Below the pieces are notes generated by a model. It searched no databases and was not told the origin of the DNA. It was given only the letters and a program-made list of their open reading frames with translations. Of a stretch of 64,000 nucleotides of DNA, positions 50,803-63,348 are shown one piece after another. Source of the stretch: Octopus bimaculoides (taxonomy: Eukaryota); the NCBI RefSeq assembly GCF_001194135.2, contig NC_068984.1, positions 135,411,388 through 135,475,387 on the forward strand, read 5' to 3'. Made by a program: the position numbers and the translations under genes. Each line of letters starts with the position of its first letter. Within the stretch, counting starts at the first letter, position 1.

Positions 50803-52824
50803 GGGTGTATCTTAAAAGAGACGTCAACACCCTTTGGGCAATGCTGATGACATATTTTCCACACCATGCAGATGATATAGCGCTCAGGGCGGCGTTGGAG
50901 GAATATATACTCACAAACCCAATACATATATGACACTGAAGTGATTTATTCTGTCATATGTACTTTCTACTAGGCTGTAAAGTGTAAGAAAATATACTTG
51001 TAGAAGATTGAAGGAAATACATAATAATTAAACTTCTGTTATTATTATAGTATCTTACTGTTCAAAACTATATTCTAGTGCTAAAAGATTACATCAATTT
51101 GTATTAGTGCCAAGATAATAAAGTACTCTCCACACTTATATTTACTAGCGAAACTATCCGAGCTTTTAGACACTATATTTATCTTGCAGTATATTATTAT
51201 CAGATGTCATTTTTTGATGGAGAGGTGAATTTGTATAAATAGTTTTAATGGAAATCACATTTATGCATAAAGGACAGCGTCGACTGCCTGTGTCCTCTTT
51301 CTCTCTCTATCTGTCTATCTTTCTGTCTATTAGTCTGTGTGTGTGTATCCTGTTTGTGTATATGGATATGCACGCGTGTGTAACTGGAGGTTTGAGATGC
51401 AGTATTGAATGAATATATGGATATATAATTATATATTACATGTTCGTATACACTTGGACGCAAGAAGACGCTTTGCTGTGGAAATCGTGTAGAGGAAATT
51501 TTCTCCCCAGCGATATAATATGTACGACAAACCATCGTTAGGCTATGAAGTATGCCATAATATAGTAGGTTGCAAGCATTTCTCCACCGAAACGCTTCAT
51601 CAGCTACGAATACAGAATCATAATTTCTCCGCCCCGTGTGAACATTTGTTCTTAAACTTAAGAACTACAAATAACACATTTGACATTTACGCAAAATATT
51701 CGCCAAGCTCTAATTAATTAACTCCAGGAGAAATTCGAACAGTTGAATGAAATATATTCGTCTACAAATACAGTTAAAAATTTCTAAATACTCGCTGAGA
51801 ATATACTCTCGAGAGAACATTTTCTTCATTGACAATATATGGGCAAACAGAAAAATGCTTTGTGCTCATCAGTAGTATTAATTGTTCTTCGTATGTATTA
51901 GAGAATAATTTATTGTTTGCTATACTTATGTATTAGAACATATGCCGACATAGGGATTAGTAATTCTAATGTGGGTATGATTTAATGGTGTTTCGTTGTG
52001 GTTTATATATTAAACGTCTTTATAGAGAAGGTTACAATGGTTGAGAATTCTATATACATAAATATACGGGTGATAGACAGACACAGATTAAAATTGCGAA
52101 TTGGATGAAGTTATGGGAGTGCTTATCTGCATTATATATACTATACATCTATATAAATATACATACATGCAGAGATACATATATATGTATATGCAAACAC
52201 CTCGATTGCATATCTATACCTATATGTGTGTGTGTGTTCGTGCGTATGTGTATAATTCGATAGATAGATGTGTGTATGTGGGTGCGTGTGTAAGCATATT
52301 TACATACTACATATAGAATTATGAAAAATATCATAAATTCTTTCCTGTGATTTTGTAATATTAGACAAAGGCATTTATTTCTATATATTTTCGGAGGACC
52401 TAAAAGATATATCTCAAACAGAGACTTTGATTTTGCAGTGAGGTTAAATTTATGTTATTGAAAGATATCGATAGGACTCCTTATTTATGCATATGCCCTC
52501 AGCTTTTTCATGTGCAGGTGCCTAACTTATTAATTAAAGAATGTTGTGCCTTACACGAATTTCACCGATATATATTCTAAATATTACTATCTCTCTCTTA
52601 CTATAAATAAAGATATTAGTGATCCCTGATGGGTAATACATGCAAGCTATATGTTAGGTCAGTTATCAAAATAGCTATCAATTAACGAGGTGTCAACGTT
52701 TAAACTGATGCATAAGAAAAAATGCCCACGTATGAGTTAAGGTATATATATTGTATGTGATTGTGTGCATTTGCATATATGTACGCATATATAGAGACAT
52801 GAACATACGCAAATATACATACAT

Positions 52825-52856
<32 letters not shown>

Positions 52857-52930
52857 ACATGATTATGAGAAAAGGGGTTAATAGTTTGAGGCTGAAAAGG
52901 AAAGGAAAAATCCTTTGCATACACACACAG

Positions 52931-53001
<71 letters not shown>

Positions 53002-53090
53002 TGTGTGTCTGTTTGTGTGAGTGTATGTGCGTGCGTGTGCGTGTGTGTATGAGAGAAAGAGAGAGAGAGAGAGATTTAGTCTGTCTTCAT

Positions 53091-53748
53091 TTAACTATGC
53101 GTGTGCAAATGCGTGAATGTATGACAGTTTAGAAGGAATAATATACACGGAATTACCCACCATTATACATTCTGAAACACTTCTCTTCTACCCTGCAGCT
53201 CAAACATTTTATCACCTGTAACAGGAAAAGTATCCATTCTATGAACCGTTCTTTAACTGGGGGTGTTAACTATGTGTTTGCAAATGCGTGAATATTTGAG
53301 AGTTCAGAAAGAACAATAAACTCATAATTACACACTATCATACATTTAGAAACACTTCTCTCCTGCCTTGCAGATCAAGATCTTTACCACATGTAACAGG
53401 AAAAGTATCCATTCTACAGGGTGTTCACAAAATCTGGGTACATGGAGATTAACACATACTTTAAGAAATTATTATTTCCTATATTTAATTGTGTATGTTA
53501 TGATTTTATTTACTCCATTTACCCACATGGGGATTAACACATACTTTAAGAAATTATTATTTCTGATATTTATTTGTTTATGTTATGATTGTATTTACTC
53601 CATATACCCAGAACTTGTGGACACCTTGTATAAACCGTGCTTTGACTGGAGAAGTTAACTATGCGTGTGCAAATGCGTGAATATATGACAATTGAGAAAG
53701 AACAATTTACACAGAATTACCCTCCATTATACATTTACAAACACTTGA
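53091..53748. repeat. 175-bp tandem repeat, about 2.5 units, interrupted by a MITE
   Basis: TTAACTATG(C/T)GT(G/T)TGCAAATGCGTGAAT at 53091, 53266 and 53655; spacings are 175 and 175+214. Confidence 0.9.
53417..53628. mobile_element. 212-bp Tc1/mariner-type MITE with TA TSD and an internal ~84-bp duplication
   Basis: TA|CAGGGTGTTCACAAAATCTGGGTA ... TACCCAGAACTTGTGGACACCTTG|TA. The empty site is visible in the preceding repeat unit. Confidence 0.9.
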
Positions 53749-54445
53749 TTAATTATAACATATTAAGAATGGAGTGGAATAAAAAGAAACAGAACCATTC
53801 ATTGTTAATGAGTTAAACCAAATGCCAAATGTCATTTGAAACTGGAATGACTTGAGATTCTCTCTATATTTTTGGTTAAATACATTGATTGATACATTAT
53901 CTTATATCTGGGAAGAAACGTATACCTTCTTGTTTTTCCTTACTAATTTACAAACTTCATCGGAAACATGAAAGAAGTGCACTTCATGACGTCCTCTGTT
54001 TTATTTACAATACATGTATATTAAGATCCCCCTGGCAAGTCACTTTTGAAATACACTAAATCACACAACACGATCAAGTAAAACTAGAGAGGAAAATGTT
54101 ACACAACAAAACAACTAAACCAGATATGTAGAAGCAATAATTTTAGCGCAAGCAACATAGAACATACTATACTATATACGAATCACAAAGAAAATACACA
54201 CCTGCCAATTATACAGCATCTGGCCGTAGGGAGTACCACGGATGTTGTATATTTGTAAAATTACATCATTCGGTACATTTGTCCTTGCTATAAAAATGCA
54301 ACTCAATCCTCTAAGGTAATGTAGTTCAGAAATGTAATCACTGAGGTGAAAGTTCGTTAATGATGTCTTTAGGGTCTCTGCTATTGCAATCAGAGATGAG
54401 TGTTGATATTAAAATTAAATGTTTAATAAGTTAAGATTTGTACAT

Positions 54446-54487
54446 TACACACACACACACACACAAACACACAAACACAGACACACG

Positions 54488-54528
<41 letters not shown>

Positions 54529-54560
54529 NNNNNNNNNNAACACACAAACACAGACACACG

Positions 54561-54608
<48 letters not shown>

Positions 54609-54625
54609 CACACACACACACACAC
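54446..54625. repeat. (CA)n microsatellite spanning a 10-N gap
   Basis: Direct reading. Confidence 0.9.
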
Positions 54626-54636
54626 AGATAGATATA

Positions 54637-55250
54637 CAGAGTGCGGTGAATATATTGTCTAAATTGCGCAAAAAGGAAAATAACACAGACATCTCATTTT
54701 AACAGATTTATTTACCAAAATAGGATTAAAATATTTGGAAATACTAAAGAGAAAATGTTTTCGATAAAATCGCCATTGGCTTCAACCACGGCACCCACTC
54801 GACTTCCGAATCTCCTACAACTCTTCTGGACGGTCTCCTTGTTTACGTTGGTGAATACTGCCATAATCCTTGGTGTTACAAGGATTTTTGTTTGTCTCTC
54901 GCTCAACTATGCCCCACACTTAATAATCAAGGGGAGTCTGGGGAGTTAGGTGGCCAGATTGTAGGAGATATGTAATCGCAGAAATTGTCTGACAGCCATG
55001 ACTGGGTTATTCTGCTTGCGTGACATGCTGATTAGGCCTGTTGCCCGACAGCTTGTCTTCCAGTAGCCACCCTCTTGACCCAGAGCAGCAATAACTCCTC
55101 CAGGTAATTGATGTAGGCGTCGGTGTTGAGCGTGAGGCCATGTGGGAAGATGAACAGAGGCATAACTTTGCCATCACTAGTGATCACTGTAAACACCATG
55201 ATGTTGACTGGATGTTTGAATTGTATCACTCTCGGTACATGTCCTCAGAT
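54637..55250 (-). mobile_element. maT-type Tc1/mariner remnant (catalytic 3' half plus one TIR)
   Basis: KHPVNIMVFTVITSDGKVMPLFIFPHGLTLNTDAYI; SACHASRITQSWLSDNF..IWPPNSPD; RIMAVFTNVNKETVQKSCRRFGSRVGAVVEANGDFIE. The terminus is TA|CAGAGTGCGG at 54635-46. Confidence 0.85.
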
Positions 55251-55367
55251 TTCACTCTTCTCAGATTGACACCAAAGCACTCTGAAATGTTCCTATTGGA
55301 GCTTTTGGGGCGAATGCTAAGCGAAATTGAAAATATAGAATTATGACAATTAAACCATAGCACCCTT

Positions 55368-55398
<31 letters not shown>

Positions 55399-55934
55399 GA
55401 ATATATGTAAGCTACGTACGTACTGATATATGTATATATGAATAACTAATGTGTGTATATATCTGTACGTATGTATGGAGCATTCGGTATGAAGAATGCA
55501 TTCATCACCTGGCTTATAAATGCCCAAGAATGATTATTAAAAACGTTTTAATTGCAACCATTTAAGATATTGAAAGAAAACCTCCAAAAGCATGAAAGAG
55601 CCACATAAACATAGTTGTTTTCACGTGTCTATTCAAATTAAAAATATCTGTCCCTAATGATTATGCTCCTGATTTAAAAAAAAATATGTAGCATAGTTTA
55701 TATTTTTCACAAGCTCTTTAAGATTATATTTAGAACAGAAAGGAATGAAAAAAAGTTTCCATTCAAAAATTATATTGATAAATTTTTGATAATGTTGCTT
55801 TATTTCAAAAGGTTATTTCTCGTTTCTTAACAAGCATATGCTCATTAGACGCTCTTACACTCCTTTTTGAATGTGTGTCAGTGCATTTGTATGTACGGGT
55901 GCATGTGTGTTTTGTCTGTGTATATGTGCACGTG

Positions 55935-56030
55935 CGGAGGCTATGGCCGAATGTTTTAAAATTTCGCTGCTTAATCACGAGATTTCGGATGTGATTCCAC
56001 TACGTCACATGTCATACAAGTACCATTTAC
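55935..56030 (+). mobile_element. Highly degraded SINE family B head
   Basis: Loose colinearity (GGCTATGGCCGAATG..GATTCCACTACGTCACA..CAAGT). Confidence 0.35.
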
Positions 56031-56705
56031 CATATTGCCAATATGATCATATATTTCTCAGTCAAATTACCCAGGTTGAGACTCGTGAATTCCGTTTGTT
56101 GACAGTACTTAAATAAGGGATTTATCGTGCACTGTGTCACACATTTTGCCCGAATACTATTTAGGTGCCATTGTAATACACTAGATAGAAAATTTGTCAT
56201 ATTTTGCATATTCCTATTAACCACATCTGCCACTGTTTACTAAATATAGGTATATATGAAATGTAGGTATGCAATATACAGCAATTTCGACAGAAATGTA
56301 ATGTATTAGGCCTAACTAACTATTGCGTCGTGGTGTTCTGTCACTGAATATATTGCTCAGAAAAATTAGTTACACGTTCATGTTTCATGTTCCTCTATGT
56401 ACTACATAACTCCAAACGTAGATTTATGCAACTCAATTTATAAAATTTACCCCTATAGAAATTTCTTAATATACTTTTCCGTAGGAAGAAAAACCGACAA
56501 GTTGAATAGCTACCAAGATAGCATATGCCACATGAATATTTTGGATACATCATTGATTTAAGAACAATACGTTAACAAATACGTAGACCACACACTGAAT
56601 TCGTGCATGTGCCGCCTGCAACAGTAACACACATCACTTTTGGCATTTCCATTATAAAAGTATCACAATAGGGTAAGGCATATTTGAAAATATAAACTCA
56701 GACAT

Positions 56706-56764
56706 ATACAGGCATATACAAATAAACACAGGCATATACAAATAAATACAGGCATATACAAATG
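56706..56764. repeat. 20-bp tandem repeat (ACAGGCATATACAAATAAAY) x3
   Basis: Direct reading. Confidence 0.9.
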
Positions 56765-56795
56765 AACTAATTCCTGCAGTCTACATTTTTCATAG

Positions 56796-56962
56796 AATCA
56801 ATATCATTTGTCACACGACTCAACCATATTCGACATGCTGCTACATACATTTCAAAGAGGACTGGCTATGACGCAGACATCGGATGCCTGCACTTTCCTG
56901 CTGATTACAGTCATGCAACTGGTTCCCAGCTTATGTATAAGAGCGAGTATATGATCGAATGA
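56796..56962 (+). CDS. Candidate exon (SISFVTRLNHIRHAATYISKRTGYDADIGCLHFPADYSHATGSQLMYKSEYMIE*), unidentified
   Basis: Acceptor CTACATTTTTCATAG, 55 open codons in phase 1, GC above the flanks. Confidence 0.25.
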
Positions 56963-57879
56963 CGGAAAGTGTGTCGCTAGTAATTCATCATTAATTACTC
57001 ACGCTTATCTACACACAAGGACACACATATGTATGTACATATCCATTATTTGAGTGTATGTATGTATGTGTGTATGTACGTATGTATGTATGTCTATTTA
57101 TCTCTCTCTTGCTGTATCTGTAACTTTTATTCATAGTTGGAAACCAAGGGGATTGTGACAAGTGTGGATTCAAATATAACATTTCTAGGTTTACAGAATT
57201 TAAATGTATTTTACCATCAACGTAAAAGATGAATACAGAAATAATTATTTTCACACTTCTACATATGATGTATATTCATGCAGTCCCGTATTCAGCTTTT
57301 TTTTTCAACATTCTGGATAAATATCATTTACTATAGATTTAAGTTCACCCATATAGTTTTAGAGTTAAGACTGTGAGAAGCCCTACATGTTTCTTGTCGA
57401 ATATAATGTATATAAATGATTGAGATTACAACACTACCCAGTGAACGGGACATTGCCGTGTTACATGACCCATACAGTTTAGCAGACGGAGGCATTGACG
57501 AAGACTATTTCCACTGATTGTGCGTGTAATACAAGAGTTCAGTAAGTGACACCGATTAAAGATAGGTGTTTCTGGGCTTGTGCAGTAGTTAATCACATCG
57601 TGGGCCAAATGATTAAGCGTTCGAAAATCTGACAGAAATTTCGATTTAAAATATCAGTTAGATATTCATGGAATTTTTTTGGGGAAAGACTGCTTGAGAA
57701 ATAGAACACTACGTTTGCAACTAAACATACTTGGCAGAAGGAACAGATAGTGTAATAAAGCAGGATGAGTACAACGTAGAATTTTTATATACACACCGAT
57801 ATATACACGCGCACTCACCCTTATATATATATATATACGAACCAAACTACCAAACATAACTATGCATACCTATTTACAT

Positions 57880-58034
57880 ACATACATACATATATACATA
57901 CATACATACATACCTGCCTACCTACTTACCTACCTCCCTCCCTACCTATCTCCCTACCTACCTACCAACCTACCTACCTACCTACCTACCTACCTACCTA
58001 CCTACCTACATATATACATACATACATACATATA

Positions 58035-58068
<34 letters not shown>
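57880..58068. repeat. (CATA)n-(CCTA)n-(CATA)n compound microsatellite
   Basis: Direct reading. Confidence 0.95.
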
Positions 58069-58069
58069 G

Positions 58070-59330
58070 GGGAAAACTGTAAACCAGACAAGCAAAAATC
58101 TTCATTCATGACTTCAAGGTTTCCCCTGCATCTGATGAGGAATGTTACAAGTATGTAGGGGTGGATGAAATCCTGTCTAAGAATAACACCTGTAACAAAG
58201 CAAGTATCACTAAAAAACATTACGGCCGAAAAAAGAAAATGTAGACTTCGGAAATCTCTGCATTCAATGAAACTGTGTATTTCCAATGTGAGTAGTCATA
58301 CCAATATTTGGGCTACTTAATTGAAACCTTGTTAGCCATTTATGTGCAAACCGGGAAGATACTAACCAGCACACGTAATTTTCCCATCAACAGTGACGGA
58401 GACTACCTCCACCTAAAAGCACAAAACAAGGGATTAGAGGATTAACATCGATCCGGACTGCCTTTGAATGCCGTATCATTTCCCTTCAGCAACATCTTTT
58501 AACTGCCTAGTGTCGAAGTGCATTTCTTGTTCAAGTTTGCATACGTAAGGCTGGTAACATCATGAGGATTGGAAAACAGCTCTCTGATAATCTTGAATAC
58601 ATTCTCAAGGAAGTCGAACGACTCTTCTGCAACGTGTTATCCGATTAAAGGAAGAGTGTAACTCAGGAAAAGGCCATGCATGGATGTTTTAGTACAAAGC
58701 TCCGGGATGATAGTAACATTGAGCATTAAAGCAGACTATGATAGACCAACAACCGCATTACTAACGCTCACTTCGAAGGGTATGCCTTTGCAATTCAGGA
58801 ACAGGCGGGAATCTGGCAGAAACGTTAGCACGCCGGGCGAAATGCTTAGCGATACTTCATCTGCCGTGACGCCCTGATTTTAAATTCCACCGAGGTCAAC
58901 TTTGCCTTTCATCCTTTCGGGGTCGATAAATTATGTACCATTTACGCACTGGGGTCGATGTAATCGACTTAACCCCTTTGTCTGTCCTTGTTTGCTCCCG
59001 CTATGTTTAGTCCCTTGTGGGCAATAAGAAATAAAGAACAGGAAATAATTGATGCACAAAAGGGTCAAAGACGCAAAAAAAACAGCAAAATGTGATAAAT
59101 CATCCAGACTTTGTAGAGTTAACAGCGAAGATATCACCCACATCATTAGTTGATGTCTGAAATTGTCTTCACTGTATTATCAACCGATGTGATATGATCT
59201 GTTAGCTAATACAGTATATAATGAGATCGTCTCGGAAGGATAACGCCGAGGCCCCAAAAAAATAAAATAAAATAACCCACACTATGGTAGAAGCCGTGGC
59301 CACTCATAGTATAAAAGGGTACTGGTGCAA
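58070..59330 (+). mobile_element. R4/Dong-type retrotransposon fragment (RT thumb to CCHC), split by a SINE
   Basis: ECYKYVGVDE..TSEISAFNE; AMHGCF..NAHFEGYAFAIQEQ|EI; CDKSSRLCRVNSEDITHIIS*CLKLSSLYYQPM*YDLLANTVYNEI. It is homologous to 1331-1640. Confidence 0.85.
58804..59035 (+). mobile_element. SINE family A, full length, with GAACA(GG) TSD
   Basis: A-box-like TGGCAGAAACG, decayed B-box and conserved TTTGCCTTTCATCCTTTCGGGGTCGATAAA core. GAACA occurs at both 58799-58803 and 59036-59040. Confidence 0.9.
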
Positions 59331-59528
59331 TGATACCACAAAACTTGACTTCAAAAAGATTTAGATAATCCTTTTAAGTTCTGCTATTAAGTTAGACAAG
59401 GCCTGGACCAAACTCTGGTTGAAACATCTAAGTCTATCTAAGTTTATATATATATATATATACATATATATATAAAAACTTAGATATATATACATATATA
59501 GATATGTGTGTGTATATGCATATATATG

Positions 59529-59568
<40 letters not shown>

Positions 59569-59945
59569 NNNNNNNNNNNNNNNNNNNNNNNNNNNNNNNN
59601 NNNNNNNNNNNNNNNNNNNNNNNNNNNNNNNNNNNNNNNNNNNNNNNNNNNNNNNNNNNNNNNNNNNNNNNNNNNNNNNNNNNNNNNNNNNNNNNNNNNN
59701 NNNNNNNNNNNNNNNNNNNNNNNNNNNNNNNNNNNNNNNNNNNNNNNNNNNNNNNNNNNNNNNNNNNNNNNNNNNNNNNNNNNNNNNNNNNNNNNNNNNN
59801 NNNNNNNNNNNNNNNNNNNNNNNNNNNNNNNNNNNNNNNNNNNNNNNNNNNNNNNNNNNNNNNNNNNNNNNNNNNNNNNNNNNNNNNNNNNNNNNNNNNN
59901 NNNNNNNNNNNNNNNNNNNNNNNNNNNNNNNNNNNNNNNNNNNNN

Positions 59946-59994
<49 letters not shown>

Positions 59995-62900
59995 GTGTGT
60001 GTGTGTGTGTGTGTATGTATCTATGTATGTATGTTGGCGAAACAGAGACGAATGAGGAGATTCACATTGAGCAATAGTTTGCTCGGTCACAAGCTTTCAC
60101 AGATACTACTTATAGTATTACGTATAAAATATATACTTATACACATACCAATGAGCATAAGTTCATGTCAATTTATGCAGTTCTTGTGTCTAGTGTAGTC
60201 GTAGCTACCCATAAAATTGATCAGTTATATATATATAGATAGATAGATGGATAGGCAGATAGATAGATAGAGAGAGAATGAGAGAGAGAGAGTGAGGGAG
60301 AGAGAGAGAGATACATATTCACACGTATATTGGCATTAATGTATACCTATGTGCATGTTCGTGTTTAGATCACACAAAACGTGACTATCTATGCACATAT
60401 AATTTTGTTCTTTATCTCCATGGAAACCCTGCAGGTCCAGATTATGTATCAGAACGAAGACAGAAAATTCAGTAAATAATTGTGTAGTATTTTCACATCA
60501 TTTTTCTGGTACAATTCCCGCCAAATATAGATTTTTACTTCGACATTGTCCAAAATAATCAATACATATTTCAATTCAGGTTATTAACAGTTAACTACCG
60601 GTTCCGCTCAGTTCTGAATACATATTTTCTCTTCGATGAACATTCATTAAATGTTTAAATAAAGCAAATCCTATTCTTTTCAAATCATATTTGAAAACGT
60701 TGAAAGCAAGTTTTCTTTTTTAACTCACTATAGCGGATATCGTTGATAAACAATTTACGTAATATTATAGTAACTGCATAGCATTATATAATAATTTGAA
60801 AGAAAAAGATGGCCTAGTTAATGACAAGATGGTAGACAGTTAAAACATTCTCTTTATGGTGTCCATCACAACTGGAAATAGCTTTTGTATATCAATCTCT
60901 AAGTACTCAATCTATGTGCCATCAACTAGGATATTTAACAGACCAGTGGCTCCTTACCTTGCAGGTTGAAATAAAATCATTGATTTTTCTCTAGATCAGC
61001 TTTTCTATATTGAACTTCATTACACATTTTCGTCGTTGATAAACGTGATTTATATATCATTTAATTTTTTTCCGCTTTCTTGAAGAGAAGATAATAACAA
61101 TTTTGCAATAATGCGTCAACATTTGTTTGTCGAAAACCCAATAACCAATGTGCTATACCTTAATTACATTTCCCAGCCCTTTTGTATTTTCATGAATGTA
61201 ATGCATGAATGCTTTCAACAACTCAAAGTAATCGTATAGTTGAAAACAGATTTCAAAGACTCAACACTTTACGCCCTTATGCGAGGTCCGAATCTATTCA
61301 GTTAGTTGCTGTCAAAATTGGAAACAGGTACCTTAATTCTATGCTTCTAGCAGGTGTTGGAAATAAGATCTACAGCGATCAGGTTGTAATTATAATTTTA
61401 TAGGAGAGTATTGTAGTTCGCTTGATGCATTGTGTATTGTTTGTAAAGAATAAAAAGTTTTGAATGGTTCAACAATGCACTATAATACAAAAAAATGGAC
61501 TATATATCTGTTGTAATTTAGTTATCTATATTTTGATGAGATTTCGGAATACACTTCCTTCTTCAGATATTCTTAGATGGAGTCGCTGCTATGATCTGTT
61601 TCCCAACGGCTTTTCGTTTTTCGGAAGCGTCTCAGCAGTGGTCTCACGAAACTCCGTCCGGAAATCCTCATGAGAAATGCGTGAGGTCGGCTATGTATCT
61701 CTCCGGAGCCTTGCCCTTCGACGATCACGTTTCTCTTGTCACTGGATGGATTTCATTTGTCTTGTATGGAAAATCATTAGGGTGCACAAAGGACAATACA
61801 AGGATTAGAGTACGATCCGCCGGAATATTCAGAATACATATAGTCCTGTTCATTATGTGTGTATTTGTATGTGTGTGTATGCATATATATGTATGCATTC
61901 AAAGGTTGTGGTTCATCACCACATCCCATGTCTTCCTGGGTCTATATATACATACGTTCGGACATTGGGACTTACCGAGGCAACGAGAGGTGACGGAGAC
62001 CTTTGGAAATGTGCTGTGATTGAGAATGACTTCTTTTTAATGTATGAATGAATTAGTCTATACTACCAAGGCATCGATTGGCAGATTTACTGAAGAGAAA
62101 ATATATAATTCTTATATATCGTCAACGAAACAACAAAAGAAGAAAAGAAGCGAAGTATAACGATACATGGTGCCGAAAGGAAAATGACATTCTACTTGTT
62201 CATCATATACATAAAACATAGAGTTCAATCTCAGAATCTTTCCTGAGTAGTAAAACTATTCATACTGAGGAAAGAATAATTCGTTCATTTTCTATTTAAA
62301 ATAAAATCTAAATATCTGGAAGTTAAATTTAATTACGTACGAATTCGAATGCAGGAAGTGTCAGAATTATATTTCTGAAATGAAAACCCTAATTTACGGC
62401 AAGATGGCTGGCAAGAGTATCATTTGCAGAACACAGAATAATGAATGATGCACTACATTCAATGGGTAGCGCAGATTTTCTTACAATGTAAATAAATATA
62501 TAACGTGTGTGATGATTAGAAAGAATCTACACACACAACAGACTATGATGATAATTAGTACAAATCTTTTAATTAATCCACGTCACAAAAGATTCGCAGC
62601 CATAATACCAACAGTAGTGCGGCAAGGATTGCGTTAGTAAGATAAAATTGTTTCTGCATCAGTCTTTTTGATACCATTGTTATATAAGAATGGAAGCCTT
62701 ATCGAAAATGTATTGAGCGGAGATACTTGTATTTAAACAACAATTGGGTATTTCGAAATTGCGCATATTTTTACAGGATTCACACTTCCATATCAAAAAT
62801 GTGTATCAATTACTGTAGGAATTATAAATCCGATGTCTGAAAGATATATACTTTATTCACTTCACATAATGTAAAAAAACCAAATTTAAGCAACTTAGTT

Positions 62901-63294
62901 GTAATCAACACAAGTCGCTTGCAGTTATTTACTTATATATTTTACCATGTATATTTCTCAGTCATTTTATATCTAAGATAAAGCGCCATATGTAGTATGC
63001 AGATTTGATGATTGTGAATGTATGTGACCTTATTGTTACAGCGTTCAGCTCATAACATGAAGGTCGGGATTTTAAATGTTGGATGTAAGGTGAAATTTGC
63101 TGTCGAGCAAGACACTTCTTTTTATGTTTGGTACGTCTAATAAATACTTTGTAATGAGTATCAGTCACCTACTGGTGCTGTCTTGTCACCTCCATACTGT
63201 AACTTTACCGATGTTCTGCTAAGTGAAATGTTGGGTGACTGAAATGATTGGAATGGCGACTACAAACACGTTTGTTTATGTTACGACATATTAA

Positions 63295-63348
63295 CTTCGT
63301 AATATAAACTCGTTTTCTACAGATAGAAAACGAGTTTATGTTACGAAG
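63295..63348. repeat. 25-bp near-perfect inverted repeat with a 4-nt loop
   Basis: CTTCGTAATATAAACTCGTTTTCTA-CAGA-TAGAAAACGAGTTTATGTTACGAAG: 24 Watson-Crick pairs plus one G-U on the plus strand. Confidence 0.9.

Larger units (their letters stand above)
4077..59945. other. 12 assembly gaps (4077-4086, 6795-7115, 10786-11628, 16386-16818, 23521-23954, 30435-31169, 33429-33642, 40357-40514, 42483-42756, 45395-45727, 54529-54538, 59569-59945)
   Basis: N-runs, mostly bordered by (TA)n, (CA)n or (GA)n tracts. Confidence 0.95.

Noticed and set aside
51570-51605. Minus-strand CTGATGA followed by an 8-bp hairpin, as a third hammerhead
   Set aside because: There is no GAAA after the stem and no stem I/III pairing.
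54460-54580. Apparent direct repeat ACACACAAACACAGACACACGTATACAC on both sides of the 10-N gap
   Set aside because: Probably overlapping contig ends, i.e. an assembly artefact.
6715-60198. Long ORFs in the track (e.g. 10679-11953, 23379-24047, 30387-31334, 59506-60198)
   Set aside because: They are open only because they cross N-gaps or (TA)n/(CA)n tracts, giving YI, HT, CV and X runs.
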